A stretch of DNA of 63,462 bases, the filler included, from Intoshia linei (Eukaryota; Animalia; Orthonectida): the NCBI GenBank assembly GCA_001642005.1. It is 9 parts of 9 records of this genome, joined end to end, with 100 filler letters (N's around TTAATTAATTAA, not from the genome) between each part and the next. Parts side by side here need not be neighbours in the genome. Positions count along the whole stretch, not along the records: positions 26,309 to 37,024 come from LWCA01001240.1; positions 37,125 to 40,235 come from LWCA01002144.1; 7 more parts are not named here. One strand, given 5' to 3'. Positions 26,917 through 40,335 of this stretch are shown in pieces; positions within the stretch are counted from its first letter, which is position 1; every line of letters starts with the position of its first letter. Below the pieces are notes generated by a model. It did no database searches. It was not told where the DNA came from and was given only the letters and a program-made list of their open reading frames with translations. A program made the position numbers and the translations under genes.

Positions 26917-27851
26917 GTAAGATTGATAAATTTTTATTATTTTATCATATTTCACATATTAATATTATTTTATAAGTATAATTAATTAGTATAAAGGTGG
27001 ATACACCTTTCCTAATATTTAGTTATTATTAAATATTACTCATACATAGTTCTTAAATGAATTGTCAATAGTCGCTAGCGTCGAAATTCCGATTCACATA
27101 TATTGGAAGTGGAAAATTGCATTAAAATCTATATTTATCACAAGTGTATTTTTTCAAATTAAATTTATTTTAAAATATAAATTTTTTGTCGGGTACACAG
27201 TTTGGGAATCACTTAGATACGATGGCATATTTTTTCCACAGATAGATAATTTTAATGAAGATATGTTCCCACTGGGTTCATTTATGTTGTGTTAAGATTT
27301 GTTCCAAATAAAAATATTTAAAAATAAGTATTGATGTCGGGTTGTCATTTTCAATAGTTTCACCAGCAAAAAGTACAATTAATTTTAATTAATAAAATTA
27401 AATAAAAAAAAATAATAATATAATATCATAACACTCGTGCTCTACAAGCAATAAAATCTAGAAAATAATAAATCTACAAGTTCATTATTATTCAAAATAT
27501 ATCTCTAAGATAATAAAAATTGCAAGTTAAAAACTCTACAGTCTGATACTCAACTGTACAATTAATAATAACTACATTAGTAATATATCTATATATGATA
27601 TGATATAATATATGTATATTATTATAATTTACATACTAGAAACATATTATAATAATATATTATATGAAAAATTAGTAACATGTAAAATGCTCATTAGAGT
27701 AGTGCCAAACCTACTGTACTCTGACGTCCGTCTTCGCAATTTTTTTAAAATTCGGACCTAATTTTTCAAATTGTGTATTTCAAAAATTATATTCTTGAAT
27801 ATTTTAACAATTGGCAAATAAGAACTCTGATAAGTTCATCTTAAATAAAAA

Positions 27852-27927
27852 GATGTCCAAATCTCGATTCGAACCTAGCCACGCAGAATACAATTATATG
27901 ACTATAACCACTCTGCCAGTTTAACAT
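27852..27927 (-). pseudogene. Degenerate tRNA-like sequence (tRNA pseudogene or SINE head)
   Basis: Minus strand gttaaac-TGGCAGAGTGG-ttatagtcatataattgtattctgcgtggcta-GGTTCGAATC-gagatttggac has Pol III A and B boxes at tRNA spacing, but the stems pair poorly. Confidence 0.55.
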
Positions 27928-28844
27928 CACAAGTAAGTTATATAAAAAGTATATATTCGAATCTCAATTAGTATGATAGTGATATATCACTACATTGTAT
28001 ATGCAAAATTTTAGGAATCAAGATTAAGTTTAATGTAGTGCTCAATAGGGCTATTCTAATTTTGACTTTTTTTTGAAATTTAAAAAAAACATAGAGAATA
28101 TAGACAATAATCTCCATTTAATTTACTACAGAATGATATAAATGTGTTTTATGCTGATTATACAGAAAATAAAGTTATATTTTACATTTATTTTAACATT
28201 ATTTTATGAATTTCAATAATTACATTTGAGGGGGTAAATATTAACCGATTTCATTTTTTATTATTAATGCTTAAAATCAAAAAAGGCATCCACGTGTAAA
28301 TGGGTTTTTTTAATAAAATAAGTGAATTTCCTAATGACAGTGTTTGTGTAAACTATAAAATTATTAATTATGTGTATTTTGATTATTTATTATATTGAAA
28401 TTCGAATAATTTTAGATTAAGTAGTTGTAATTATATTTACTAACTAAATTATTGATCAACAATCATATAATATACAGTTATAATAATGTATGTATAATTA
28501 TACTACAAATTAATGAAAACATATTTACCTGCTAAGGAAACACCAAATATTATAAAAATACTAAATCACCATTTAACTTTAACTATACATTTTATGAGTT
28601 ATTTATGCTAACTTATATAAAATGCGACGCGATTTTTGTTTGTGTGTGTGTCTGTGTGTGTTACTTTTTTGAAATAACTAGTAGTCTGAGAATTTTTTAT
28701 AGATCACATTTCAATTACAGTTTTTTCCGGGCCGTATAATAAGATAAATTTCAACCTCCCAATTTCACATCTTAAGGATCAAAAACCCCTGTTGTCCTTC
28801 TTTTTAAAAATTAAACGAGTTGAAGAATTTATAAAAATATATAC

Positions 28845-28996
28845 GCTGATGCGGATTTTAAAATCATAAACATTATCATAAATTTAAATGCTGATGCGGA
28901 TTTTAAAATCATAAACATTATCATAAATTTAAATTTAAAAAAATACACTGATGCGGATTTTAAAATCATAAACATTATCATAAATTTAAATTTAAA
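28845..28996. repeat. Three tandem copies of a ~45-58 nt unit inside a Helitron body
   Basis: ctgatgcggattttaaaatcataaacattatcataaatttaaat occurs three times; it is single-copy in the other family members (e.g. 4210-4255). Confidence 0.9.
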
Positions 28997-31326
28997 AAAA
29001 TAATTCTTCATGGCCAAAACCCAAAATTCCCTTCCTTTTTTTTGAAAACAGCCCTAGAATTTCAAAAAATTTACAGATGGTAGAGTATTATCATGTTAAT
29101 ACACATAAAAAATTTCAATCCGAATAAGTGACGACTTCATAATCAAAAAAGCATTTTAGTATTCATATATTTTTTTTCTGAAATATTTTATTAAAACAAA
29201 AAATATGAAATAATTAACGGTCCAAAAATATAAAAAAAGGATTATTCTAATAGAGCTTATTCCAGTCGATATAAATACAAAATTTCCATTCCAGAAATTT
29301 ACGCATTCCCGGTGAAAAATAATTTTTAATATATTATCAACCAATATTTTTCAAATATTTCGAATTAAAATAAAAATGAAAATGCAAATTGATCCTACAA
29401 TTTACAAAAAAAATGTAGATTGTACGTCTACACATTTTCAGTCAAGACATATGGGTGAAAATCTATATAATTCATTCCTTCGGAATTTTTTTTATTGCTA
29501 CGCAATTTTTAAATTTCAAATTTTTATTTTCCAAATATTTTGAACATCTAAAGTTTTGATACTAACTTAATTTAACTCAATTTGAAATTTCTAAAAAGAA
29601 AAGTAACATTCACAAGACAAAAGGCCAAAAGTATGGACACATTTTTAACATCAATCATTTTTATATTACAATCCTTTGCAATAGGAGAAATTTAAAAATA
29701 ATAATTTGGAAAAATAGGGTGATAAAAATGTTAAATGATAACGTATTCAATTAAAATGTTCACTATTATGGCTGCCAGCGCCATATTTTAGATAGATTGT
29801 TAAAAATATATATAGATGAAATTTTGTGTAATAACGCTATCAGTTCAAATGTGTTATATAATTATTATAACGACAATAATTGAATTTCATTGTCTCACAA
29901 AGATTATCAAAATTATCGATTTACCTAGAAAAAAGTAAAAAGGCTCCCGAATGCGATGATATGACAATTGGATTCATTTAATCGCTAATAAAATATTATA
30001 AATTTATTTTAATGTATTTTTATTTTGCATTATATATTTTATAGTTTATATTTTACATATTACGTATATTATTATAGATATTACACACTGCATTTAATTA
30101 TATATTACATGTATATCATGAAGATGTTTTGTATGAAAATTACACCCTACCGCCCAACGAGGAATTGCAGTAGTTTTAATCTTCATCCCGATAATCGACC
30201 TTCAAAATAACCGTAATTACTCATAAACAATTTCCTTAAAAATGTAAATTATAAAAAGGCTTGTATTTATAGCGTCAGTATTTTAATTAAAAATTGTCAT
30301 TAAAAATATTAAATTGTCAGTATTTTATTAACATTATGTCAATACTGATAATTTTTTATTAAAATACTGACAAATAAAATAGTTTGCATATAAAAACGGC
30401 CAAACACACCTTTTGCATAATAAAATTTTTTATTTTTTCTCTAAGATTAATATTGCTCGGAGAAACTATTTGTATAATATACTATTGTCTCCACAACTCG
30501 CCAATGTCTCCAAAAATGGATTCATAGCGAGAATACGGTAATTATAATTATACATGTATAATATACATTGTATATCGTTACAATTTATCATAAAAATATT
30601 AACTGATAACATTATAATAATAATTCAGTAAATTAATGCATTAATAGATGAAATAGTTTAAGGAATAATTTTACAAGCTATTGATGTAATAATTATAATG
30701 TATAATGTACGTTAGATTGTTAAATGTAATCTAAAAAATAAGTAAAACGCCTATGTCAGGGGTAAAGAACCTTTTACATGATCTAAAAACTTTTTCTAAT
30801 ATATCAGATAGTTTTTTATGTAAAAAATTACCAATAAAAATATTCTTACCGGTAATTTACCTTTAAATTTTTATCGATTGCCAACTCTAGCTAGACCTGA
30901 ATAGTGTTCAGTAAATACTTATTTTAAATTTTTTTAATATTTATGTATATATTGTTAAAATTATCATATATACAATAATTAGTTCTAACCGCCCTTCATT
31001 GTCAGGTAAATATGGCATTCTAATGTTTAATAATTAAATAAATGGTTTACCAACTAAAATTTAAATTTTGTGTATGTATATTAGGTGTAGTCTTGCACAC
31101 AATTTTTATAATTCCATACAAAATTATTATTTTTATTATTATAATAGTAATAGTAATATACACAAAGTAGTGTAATATATCAATATAATTTGAAATTTTA
31201 CTAACTGAATTTTATAATATGAGCCTGTTAAATAAAATGCTATTAAAATAATATATGATATGAAATGATAATATATTTTACATCCTAAAGAACGAAAATT
31301 GTAATATTAGTTATATAACTATAATT

Positions 31327-31855
31327 ATTGATGCGACGATTTCGAAATTTTCAACGATACCGATTCTGATTCGATTTTTAAAAAAACGATTCCGATCAGA
31401 TTCCAAATAGTTTTTAAATCATACTATTTGTCTGATTTTTATTTATCTTTTAATTAGAAAAATAACCAAGAAAAGCAAAGTTATAGAACTACCAAATAAA
31501 CGACTAAGAAACGCTTTTCATCAGTTGTACCAATCATTCTATTTCGTTTTGGAGAACAAAAATAACCTCCAACCTTGAAAATTATTTAGCTTTCAATTCA
31601 AGAAAAATTTAAAAATAAATGTTATTTTTCAAGTAAACCAATATTCGGAATCTTTAATTGATTAATATATTTAGCGATAATCCATATTTAATTCATTTTA
31701 ATTTAAAAAAATGCTGTTTTTTTAAATTAATTTTTATTTTTTTCGAAAAAATTGTAAAAAATCGGAATTGTAAAAAAAGAAAAATTTTGCCGATTTCGAT
31801 TCCCAAAAAAAGAACCATTCCAAATTTTGATTTCTTGGAATCGTCGAATCAACTA
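31327..31855. mobile_element. MITE with imperfect TIRs and subterminal CGATTC/GAATCG motifs
   Basis: Inverted ends ttgatgcgacgatt ... aatcgtcgaatcaa. Confidence 0.55.
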
Positions 31856-32430
31856 TTTATAATATAATTATATAATAAGGATAGTCAAAAAATGATAGAT
31901 TTTTATTAATTAAATCTAGATTAAGATATATTGCATATATAAAAACCATCTAAATTTAACGGAAAAAATATTGCATCAATAAAAATATCGATAAAATGAA
32001 TTACATACTAAAAAATTACAAATTAAAATAAAAGTATCACCGTATACACAGAGTGTACTACACAAATTGGTACATATTGTTTCATATATTTTAAGTTTTG
32101 CAAGAAAAAAAAATAATTTCAAATGAAAAATTAAAATAACATTGTCGGCCCGATAAAAATATTTCGCTTTTACCTACCATTTTTTAAATTAAACTTATAA
32201 ATTAAGAAAACTATCATTTACTTATATAAAATAAAAACTCTGTGTGTTACCATTTATTTAAAAAATTAATAGTCGTAGAATTAAAAAAAAACTTAGACGG
32301 CAATAACTAAAATTATAATATTGAGAACAATTGTGTAAAACGTATAATTACAATCTAAATAGTATTTTTGAATATATAATACATGCAAAGAGATATAAAA
32401 AATATTAAAATTTAAATAATTATATAATTA

Positions 32431-33622
32431 CTAGGTTGACTGTTATGTACTACGTACAAACAGCACCTAGCTCTGCCGAGGGGACATTTTTATTATACCA
32501 AAAAAATAAATTTACGTTGAAAATCTAACTTAAAAATCCTACTATTCAGTATTATCAATCCTTTAAAAGAGTGGTTCCCAAATTTTTTTCAGGTGGAACC
32601 ATCATATCAGATTACTTTTTACTTTATTCTTATTAAACTATTATTACATCTTAATTTTTTTGTTAACATTTGCGTAAAGCATTTTAAAAAGAATTGTTAT
32701 CCCATTTTTTTAATTTATTAGACAGAATGTGTGTATAATAATAAAGTAAAAACAGTCCAATCCTAAAAATTGTTATAAATCGCATAAATTCCTAAAAAAA
32801 TAATTTTATAAAAACCCATTTTGTCATTTTCAATGTGATGATATATATTCAGTACCAATTTAATAAATACTTACAAATACCAATTGTGTATCAATAATTA
32901 ATAGAATCTTCACTTTATAAATATTTCAGTCAAATTTTACCAATATTGCAAAACATTTTAATAAATATAAAAATGATAATGACAAAGTTGTATTGCTTTT
33001 AGTAGTCGTTGTTGTAGTTTTAATTTAAATTTCATACAAAATGTTTTGAAAATGAAAATTTAAAAATTGCGTAGCAACGATAAAAATTCCGAATGAATGA
33101 ATTATATAGATTTTCACCCATATTTCTTTATTGTAAATGTGAAGACGTTCAATGCACATTTTTTTTTAAAATTGTAGGATCAATATTTACATTTTCAATT
33201 TTTATTTTAATTGAAACATTTGAAAAATATTGATTGATAATATATTAAAAATTATTTTTCACCGGGAATGCGTAGAGTTCTGGGGTTGAAATTTTGTTTT
33301 TTTATCAACGGGAATAAGCTCTATCAGAATAATCTTTTTTTTAATTTTCAGAACCTTAATTATTTCACATTTTTTGTTTTAATAAAATATTTCGAAAAAA
33401 ATATATAAATACTTAAATGCTTTTTTGACCATGAAGGCGTCACTTATTCAGATTGACATTTTTTGTGTCTCTTAAAAGAATACAACTGTACCACCTGTAA
33501 ATTTTTTTAAACTCTCGAACTCGTTTCATTTTCAAAAAAAAGGACAATTGGGCTTTTTGACCAGTAAGATGTGAGTTTGGGAGGTTGAAATTTATTTTGT
33601 ATATATTATATATAAATAAGGA
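32431..33622 (-). mobile_element. Complete ~1.2-kb non-autonomous Helitron
   Basis: Minus strand A|TCCTTATTTATATA ... ctgtttgtac-gta-gtacataacag-tcaacCTAG|T. Body segments recur throughout the window. Confidence 0.8.
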
Positions 33623-34149
33623 TTATTAATGAATGTTAACTGTTATAATAGTAAATTTACTCACTTTAAAATAAACAATTCATATTTCGTATGTAAGTAT
33701 GATAATAATTAGTTATGTAACATAATCCCAAATTATTTTTAAATAATATTTAATGATTAATTTTATTATCTTGTTATACTGAAATTATCTAATTTATATT
33801 AAATAATTTTTTATATAAAACACAATATTATTTATTTTTATTAAATTCGGAGAATTTGATAACACTTCTTAATTAATTAAAACAGATTAAGTTAATCTGT
33901 TAACTGACGATGTTTTCCATATACTGTTTAAATTTTCCATAATTATATTTTATTAATTTCACGAGTTCAGAAATTGGTCAAATATAATCAGGTTCAATAT
34001 TAAAATTTAATTTATATATTTTAAAGCTTAATCTATAAAACAAAGCCTTCACTTTATTTGATTTAAAAATTTGTTGTAATAATTTTTATAGTTTCATTAA
34101 GTGCTTTATATAAATACGTAAAGTATATTATTATATGAAAATCCATAAA

Positions 34150-34992
34150 ATTACTCAAACAGCTTCTTCCCAGAGACAAACAGTATTGGCAGATAATATT
34201 TGATTTAAAAATATTTTCACAAGCTAAATAAATAAATTAAAAATACGACTCTGAATAATTATTATAATAATAGGAATCAAAAATTACAAACTAAACATAA
34301 TAATAAACGTTTATTAATACCTAACATTTCATAGCAGTGTAAATAAAAACTAATTATAATACCTTTGCACCTTCCGTCAAATAATGTAAACCCTGGTTTA
34401 CATATTAAACAGATTTCAATATTACATTGACTACAATTGCTCAAATTGCTGTTACAACCTAAATATAAGTTCAATTTATTATCATTTTCCCGTAAAGTTT
34501 TCTGTCATGTCTGCTACAGATAAGTTTAATACTGAGATTCCGATAAAATTTAAAATTAAATTCTAACTTTTTTTCAAAGCTGATGTAGTATCATAAATGT
34601 CAGTCTCAAAAATTTCCACCTTCCGAGTAAAAACCTATTTAACCATTTTATCAACCAGATTTGCAATATTTTTAATAGAAATTGAAATTGAAAACTAAGA
34701 ATATTACATTTTTATCATTGAAAAATCTATCCTAAAATTTATGAGGGAGAATAAAAAATCTTCTTTAATCTCATTCACTCTATCACATTTTTTATACACA
34801 TAATAAATTTATGTGTATTATAATTACAATATAATGAGTAACTCAGTATATTGAAATATTTAGTATTATAAAGATATGAAATGCAAATAATTACGAGTAC
34901 ATCCATTGTAATTCTTAGCAACGTGATAATACTCTTCACATTCATAGCAAAATGAATCATTGATACATCTCACACATTTTGGCATGCATGCT
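34150..34992 (-). CDS. Multi-exon fragment with furin-like Cys-rich repeats
   Basis: GT-AG-bounded exons ACMPKCVRCINDSFCYECEEYYHVAKNYNGCT, GCNSNLSNCSQCNIEICLICKPGFTLFDGRCK and ACENIFKSNIICQYCLSLGRSC. The intervening exons are not cleanly in frame. Confidence 0.6.
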
Positions 34993-35949
34993 AAATATCT
35001 TTCAATTATAATAATATGTTTAATTACAGTCAAAATCTTTCAATATCAACAAAATATATGCAAATATTTGAGTGTTGAAATTTTTATATTATATGAACAT
35101 TGTTCATTGAACAATTTATAATCGTTACTTTTAATTAAGTAGATTTAAATTAAATTAATTTAATAATTAGTAAAAATTTAGATAAAAATTTATGTCTGTT
35201 TGTTCTAGTTTTATTAAGATAATATGAGATTTAGAATTTTAAAAACACCAATTTCAAATAGATTTTTTTGAGAGTAACGTTTTACGCATATTTAATTTGC
35301 GAAAATTTAGGGTGATATATTTTATTTTTTCATATCAAAATTTTTTAATAGAGCTTAATATTAAATTTTCTATGATAATTTTGTAATATATTGAAAATAT
35401 ACGATTCAAACTAACAAACGACGTGAAAAGAAATATGTTGGATATAATTTAAATTTATAATTTTTTGAATTTGTGACAGAGAATGTCTCTGATGCACAAA
35501 AAGAACTCTCTTAAGGTTCTGAAAAAAAACAATATTTAAATCTAAATAAGTGACGCATATACGGTGAAAAAAGCATTTTAGTATTCATGTATTCTGATAG
35601 AGCTTATTCCGGTTAATATAAATACAAAATTTCAACCCCAGAAATCTACACATTCCCGGTAAAAAATAATTTTTAATATACTATCAATTAATATTCACAT
35701 TAGTATACAAATGAAAAAATTGAGCTTTTTGATCAAAGTAAAAGTTAGCTTTATGAAACATTTGACAAAATATTTTACTTGAAATTTAAAAAAATAGAAA
35801 ATTATGTTATTGCTACAAATTGATAATATAATAAAAGCAAAGATTTGAGTATATCAGTCAGTATAGTCGTAAAAACTAAAAAAACAATAAAAATAATCAT
35901 AATGTAATTGTTATCAAAAATGGAATTAAATTTTAAAACAGTTTTTGAC

Positions 35950-37020
35950 TTCAACATAGTGTCTCTATTAAGTTAAGAGTCTTAACACTATTGATGTAGC
36001 TACCCATAGTGGCCAAACTTCTTTCGGCAATTTCAATTGTATCTGATATATCAAATGGGTGTTCCTTCTTCGTCCAATGTCTCATTATACAATTGTAAGC
36101 TTTGAAATAATGATGAGATTTTAGGAAAACTTCTAATTCACATCAAGAGGCTTTTTTTTTAAACGTGAAGTGAACCATACAGGTACCCAATATAATGATA
36201 TGAAGTTACAAGCATCAATCATATTTTGACTTCTATCAATATTCAGTAAAAACGCCTTAATACAATAAATTTCACGCGAAGTCCATCTTGCATTGGATAG
36301 AGACCGAAGACATAAGAAACGCATTATGGGCAACTTTCCACATTTTTAATATGATAGATAACCATTACACAAATTTTTCAGCTCTCTATAATTATCTCTT
36401 TATTCTGTTCCTACATTTAGTGAATCTACAATTTAAATTTGGCCATGATATCTTGATTTTAAGTTAATAAAATTTTGTTGTAGTAATGTAATAAAATAAT
36501 AATCCATATTTGGGGGACTTGAATTATAATTGAAGATTTGGTTAATAACGTGTTTAAAAAATAAATCCAAAATGTAAAATCTACAACCGATAAAACGTAT
36601 TTTAAATGATTCAAATTCTTTTTGTAAAAGAGTTACAGCACCCTGATGTTTTCCTGTAATTGCAGCAGTTGTATCAGTAGTAATTAGATATTTTTTCTTT
36701 TAAATCAAAATCTGTAATAACTTCTTTAACTGCATTTGCCACAGTTACGTTTTTACTGTTTGGAAGAGTTTTTATTCCAAACCCGACTTGTAAGAATTTT
36801 GACATACTCTGTAGCCAAATAGAAACTCTTTTTGCCGTTTTTATCCCCTCTATATAGCTTTTAGTTCTTTTTCGATCAAAATGTATGCAAAAAGTTCCGT
36901 CGTAAGATAACAATTTTTCTTTCAGGCATGTTGACCTTTAATAAATCTCTTAGTTGTGATTTATAAACTCCAACATGTGTAGGAACTCTGCAATTTGGAT
37001 TTCCTTTAGCTACAATAATT
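35950..37020 (-). mobile_element. Decayed hAT-related transposase
   Basis: Motifs in order across frameshifts: IHFDRKR, DTTAAITGKHQGAV, FIGCRFYILDL (degenerate CxxH), LSNARWTSREIYCIK, WVPVWF, IAERSL. Confidence 0.8.
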
Positions 37021-37226
37021 ACGGNNNNNNNNNNNNNNNNNNNNNNNNNNNNNNNNNNNNNNNNNNNNTTAATTAATTAANNNNNNNNNNNNNNNNNNNN
37101 NNNNNNNNNNNNNNNNNNNNNNNNAAATATACTTTTTGATCTTTTAAAAAAATATGCAAAAGTGATCACCCTAATATATATTTACAATATATATTAAATA
37201 ATATAATTTCCTATAATATAATTTAG

Positions 37227-40057
37227 TTGTCCCACAGATGCTACGTCTGTCATTCAAAAAGAATGTCCAATTGGAACATTTAATTCAAATACTAAATCCA
37301 AGTTTTTATCTGATTGTCAGGTATATTACATTATACCCTACATTAATTATAAATTTAATTTTCCACTTTTATACTTTTTCTAAATTTAAAAAAACCCATT
37401 TTGCATATTTTGTAGGTTAATTTTTTTATATACAAAATATAAAATTTTGAAAAATAAAATTGGCAAACATTTACTATCCCCAAGTTTGAATTATAGAAAT
37501 TAATAAAAAATGTTGAGATAAATATACAAAATAATTTTATTCCATTATTTTTTGGTTTGGATTTTGTTTGATGGTTTTACTTTTCTGGTGTGGTTACCAT
37601 ATCTGGGGCACATTTTAGTTTTTAAAATTAATTTCTAGCTCAGATATTTTGGGTTTTAATGATGATTGAAATCCTCATAATTAACCCCCAAAATATAGAC
37701 AAACCTCATAACCAATTTGGTATAACATTTTTTGATATATTTTTAAAATTAAAAAAGGCGTAAAACTGCAAAATCTTTTTTTTTTGATAAAAAAGTGGAT
37801 ACTCTACTACTATATATTATTATCTACATGTAGTAAAACATACATTTTATGGTATAAAATAAATATTTTTATGTTATAATATTAATATTAATATAATGAT
37901 ATAAAAAATATTTTTTTAAACTTAATTAACAATTCCAAATACCCCAATAACTATCCTGATAACAGGGGTTATGTTAAGTGTGTAGTTGTAACATTCTGTG
38001 TAGTTTTAAGTTAAAATGGGTAATTCTACATTTGATTTTGTTTAGTTGTAAAAAAATTATAAACCATCTGGAACTATGGAAACAGCTATTTTTTTATATT
38101 TTTATATTTTTTTAAAACGTTGTGCAGTAAAATTAAGTTATACAATTGTTAATTTACAGTAAAAGAAGAGTTTTTATCGATAGCTAACACTAGACTACAC
38201 AAAAAAATGCATCAATAAAATTTATACATTAAAAGAATGAGAATTTAAATCTCATCATGATGATATACATCTTATGATTCGATCATATCAATTTTAGAAA
38301 TTATTAGCAAAAAACTCAATTAATTGGATTAATCTTTATTTTTATAAAAAAATACTGATATGAAGTTTGATTCGTACTTGATTGTATTAATTTTTTAAAT
38401 AATGCAATGCTTTTCTGACAACTATTGTTGTATTTGTGGAATATATGTATTTAAATTGTTTAGAATGTATAATAAAACTAATAAATTGATGCAAGAGAAA
38501 TACAAACCTACCTACAACCGCAATATTTGTTTTAATATTTGGAACCCCACAAAAATCAAATAAAAAAATAAATAATTTACTAAAAACTTTTTTTAAATCC
38601 TAACAAAAAATAGGCTGCCTCTATAGTAGTGCGACCATAAGTACGAATTTATACAAAAAGTACGAAATGAAAATATTATCAATATTAAATATTATAATAT
38701 AAATATTAATTAAATATGATAGATTCTATCATTAATTATATAATTTTCATCTTAACTTTTCATCCAATGTTTTTTATAAATTTATCATCATTTATTGAGA
38801 TGCTATTATGGTAACTAATAACAAAAAATAGTACGAATTGAGTACAAATTAAATATGGTCACACTATCTATAGTCTCAAAATTCACCTCATAGAAAGTCA
38901 TAGTGATAGATTATTTATAAATTGCATAACCGTAAGTGACGAACACGGTGAACGTTATCATTAAACTATAAAAATTATTGAAAAGCGGTTTCATGGATTG
39001 AATCACCAAAGAATACTTGGCGATTTTTTGTGGACAATTAAAAATATTAATTAGCTTATTTTTTTGTATGTTGTATTTATTCATTTACTTTGTAACTTAT
39101 ATTGACTTCTATTTAAAAATTAGACAGAGCTGCATATAACCATATACATCATGTACATCATTCGATGCGCTCAATTCTGGTCTATTTATTGTATACATTA
39201 CATATATGACGCAAGAAACTGACATTAATATTGAGGGTTAATTAGTCCAAAATATTAATTTTTAGTTATTTATTATATTATTCTGCTATCGAATTATCAT
39301 ACATATATTTATCTAAATATAAATATTCCAAATATTTATTAGCCATTTTTTGATGCATAAAGAGGGATTTTTCCTAGATATATGGAAAAACCGCAAATCC
39401 AATATGAATATTATTTATTTTATTAGGTTTAATTTAAATTTATATTGCCAATAATTAATTAATGCGACGTATCTGAAGTACAAAAATCATGTAAAAATAT
39501 TTTTTTCATTGTGGTCTACAAGACAGTATAAAAATATTTTTGACGCAAGAAAAAAAATCTTTTTTTGTTGCCTAGAATTATAATGATGTTATTTTATTAA
39601 TGCTTTGTTAGTTGAATGCGTTAAAATATAATAAAAATAAAATGGTATTTTTACTTGAAAATTTTAATTAATTACGTATATGTAAGGATGCTAGAAAAAT
39701 TTGATATAGCTAAAAGTTTTCCTAATTTTGGCAAAAGCCGATAAACCCTTTCTAGTATATATAATGAACAAACTTTGTAGGACTGCCCAACAGGAACTTA
39801 TCAACCTAATACGAAACAGTCAGCATGCCTGGATTGCCCCAAAGGCACGTTTAACCCTAATACAAAATCTACTCTGTTATCTCAATGCCAGGTATTTAGA
39901 CTTATTTATTGAGTTTTTTATTTCGCAATTAACTTATTTTTTTAAGGATTGTGTGGCTGGAACATATCAACCAAATACGAAACAGTCAACGTGCCTAGAC
40001 TGTCCCGAAGGAACTTTTAATCCACTTACTAAAGCTATTTTATTATCTGACTGTCAG
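37227..40057 (+). CDS. Gene fragment with tandem GCC2/GCC3 (Ephrin_rec_like) Cys-rich modules, SCUBE/SVEP1-type repeats
   Basis: Exons 37227-37320 (CPTD...ECPIGTFNSNTKSKFLSDCQ), 39781-39891 (DCPTGTYQPNTKQSACLDCPKGTFNPNTKSTLLSQCQ) and 39947-40057 (DCVAGTYQPNTKQSTCLDCPEGTFNPLTKAILLSDCQ). The fragment is bounded by gaps. Confidence 0.8.
38627..38866. mobile_element. 240-bp MITE with a 7-bp TSD
   Basis: TIRs tagtgcgaccata / tatggtcacacta; flanking direct repeat TCTATAG at 38620-38626 and 38867-38873. Confidence 0.85.
38925..39045 (+). mobile_element. Chapaev3-like (CMC) transposase C-terminal remnant
   Basis: TVSDEHGERYH*TIKIIEKRFHGLNHQRILGDFLWTIK resembles the VSDEHGERFHQDI..ME.RYQG....M..DYCW motif. 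The superfamily assignment is from memory. Confidence 0.7.
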
Positions 40058-40335
40058 GTATATTGTTAATACTGGTATATTAAATGAATATCCTCACATT
40101 ATATATTAATCTTATCATACAATTTCTCGTTTAATTATAACATTTCTATTGTCGTTATATTTATGCAAATTCATTTTCATTTGAAATTTTATTAATATAA
40201 TATAATTAATTATATATAATTAAATTAATATAATANNNNNNNNNNNNNNNNNNNNNNNNNNNNNNNNNNNNNNNNNNNNTTAATTAATTAANNNNNNNNN
40301 NNNNNNNNNNNNNNNNNNNNNNNNNNNNNNNNNNN

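Noticed and set aside
27030-27380. Coding-like stretch (ORF 27062-27295)
   Set aside because: No recognisable motif appears in any frame and the alternative frames contain several stops, so it is left unannotated.
28829-29017. ORF with a repeated FKFMIMFMILKSAS peptide
   Set aside because: It is the translation of a tandem duplication inside a Helitron.
39728-39930. First part of the 113-aa ORF (MAKADK...)
   Set aside because: It is in the wrong frame; the real exon 39781-39891 is in another frame and is bounded by AG/GT.
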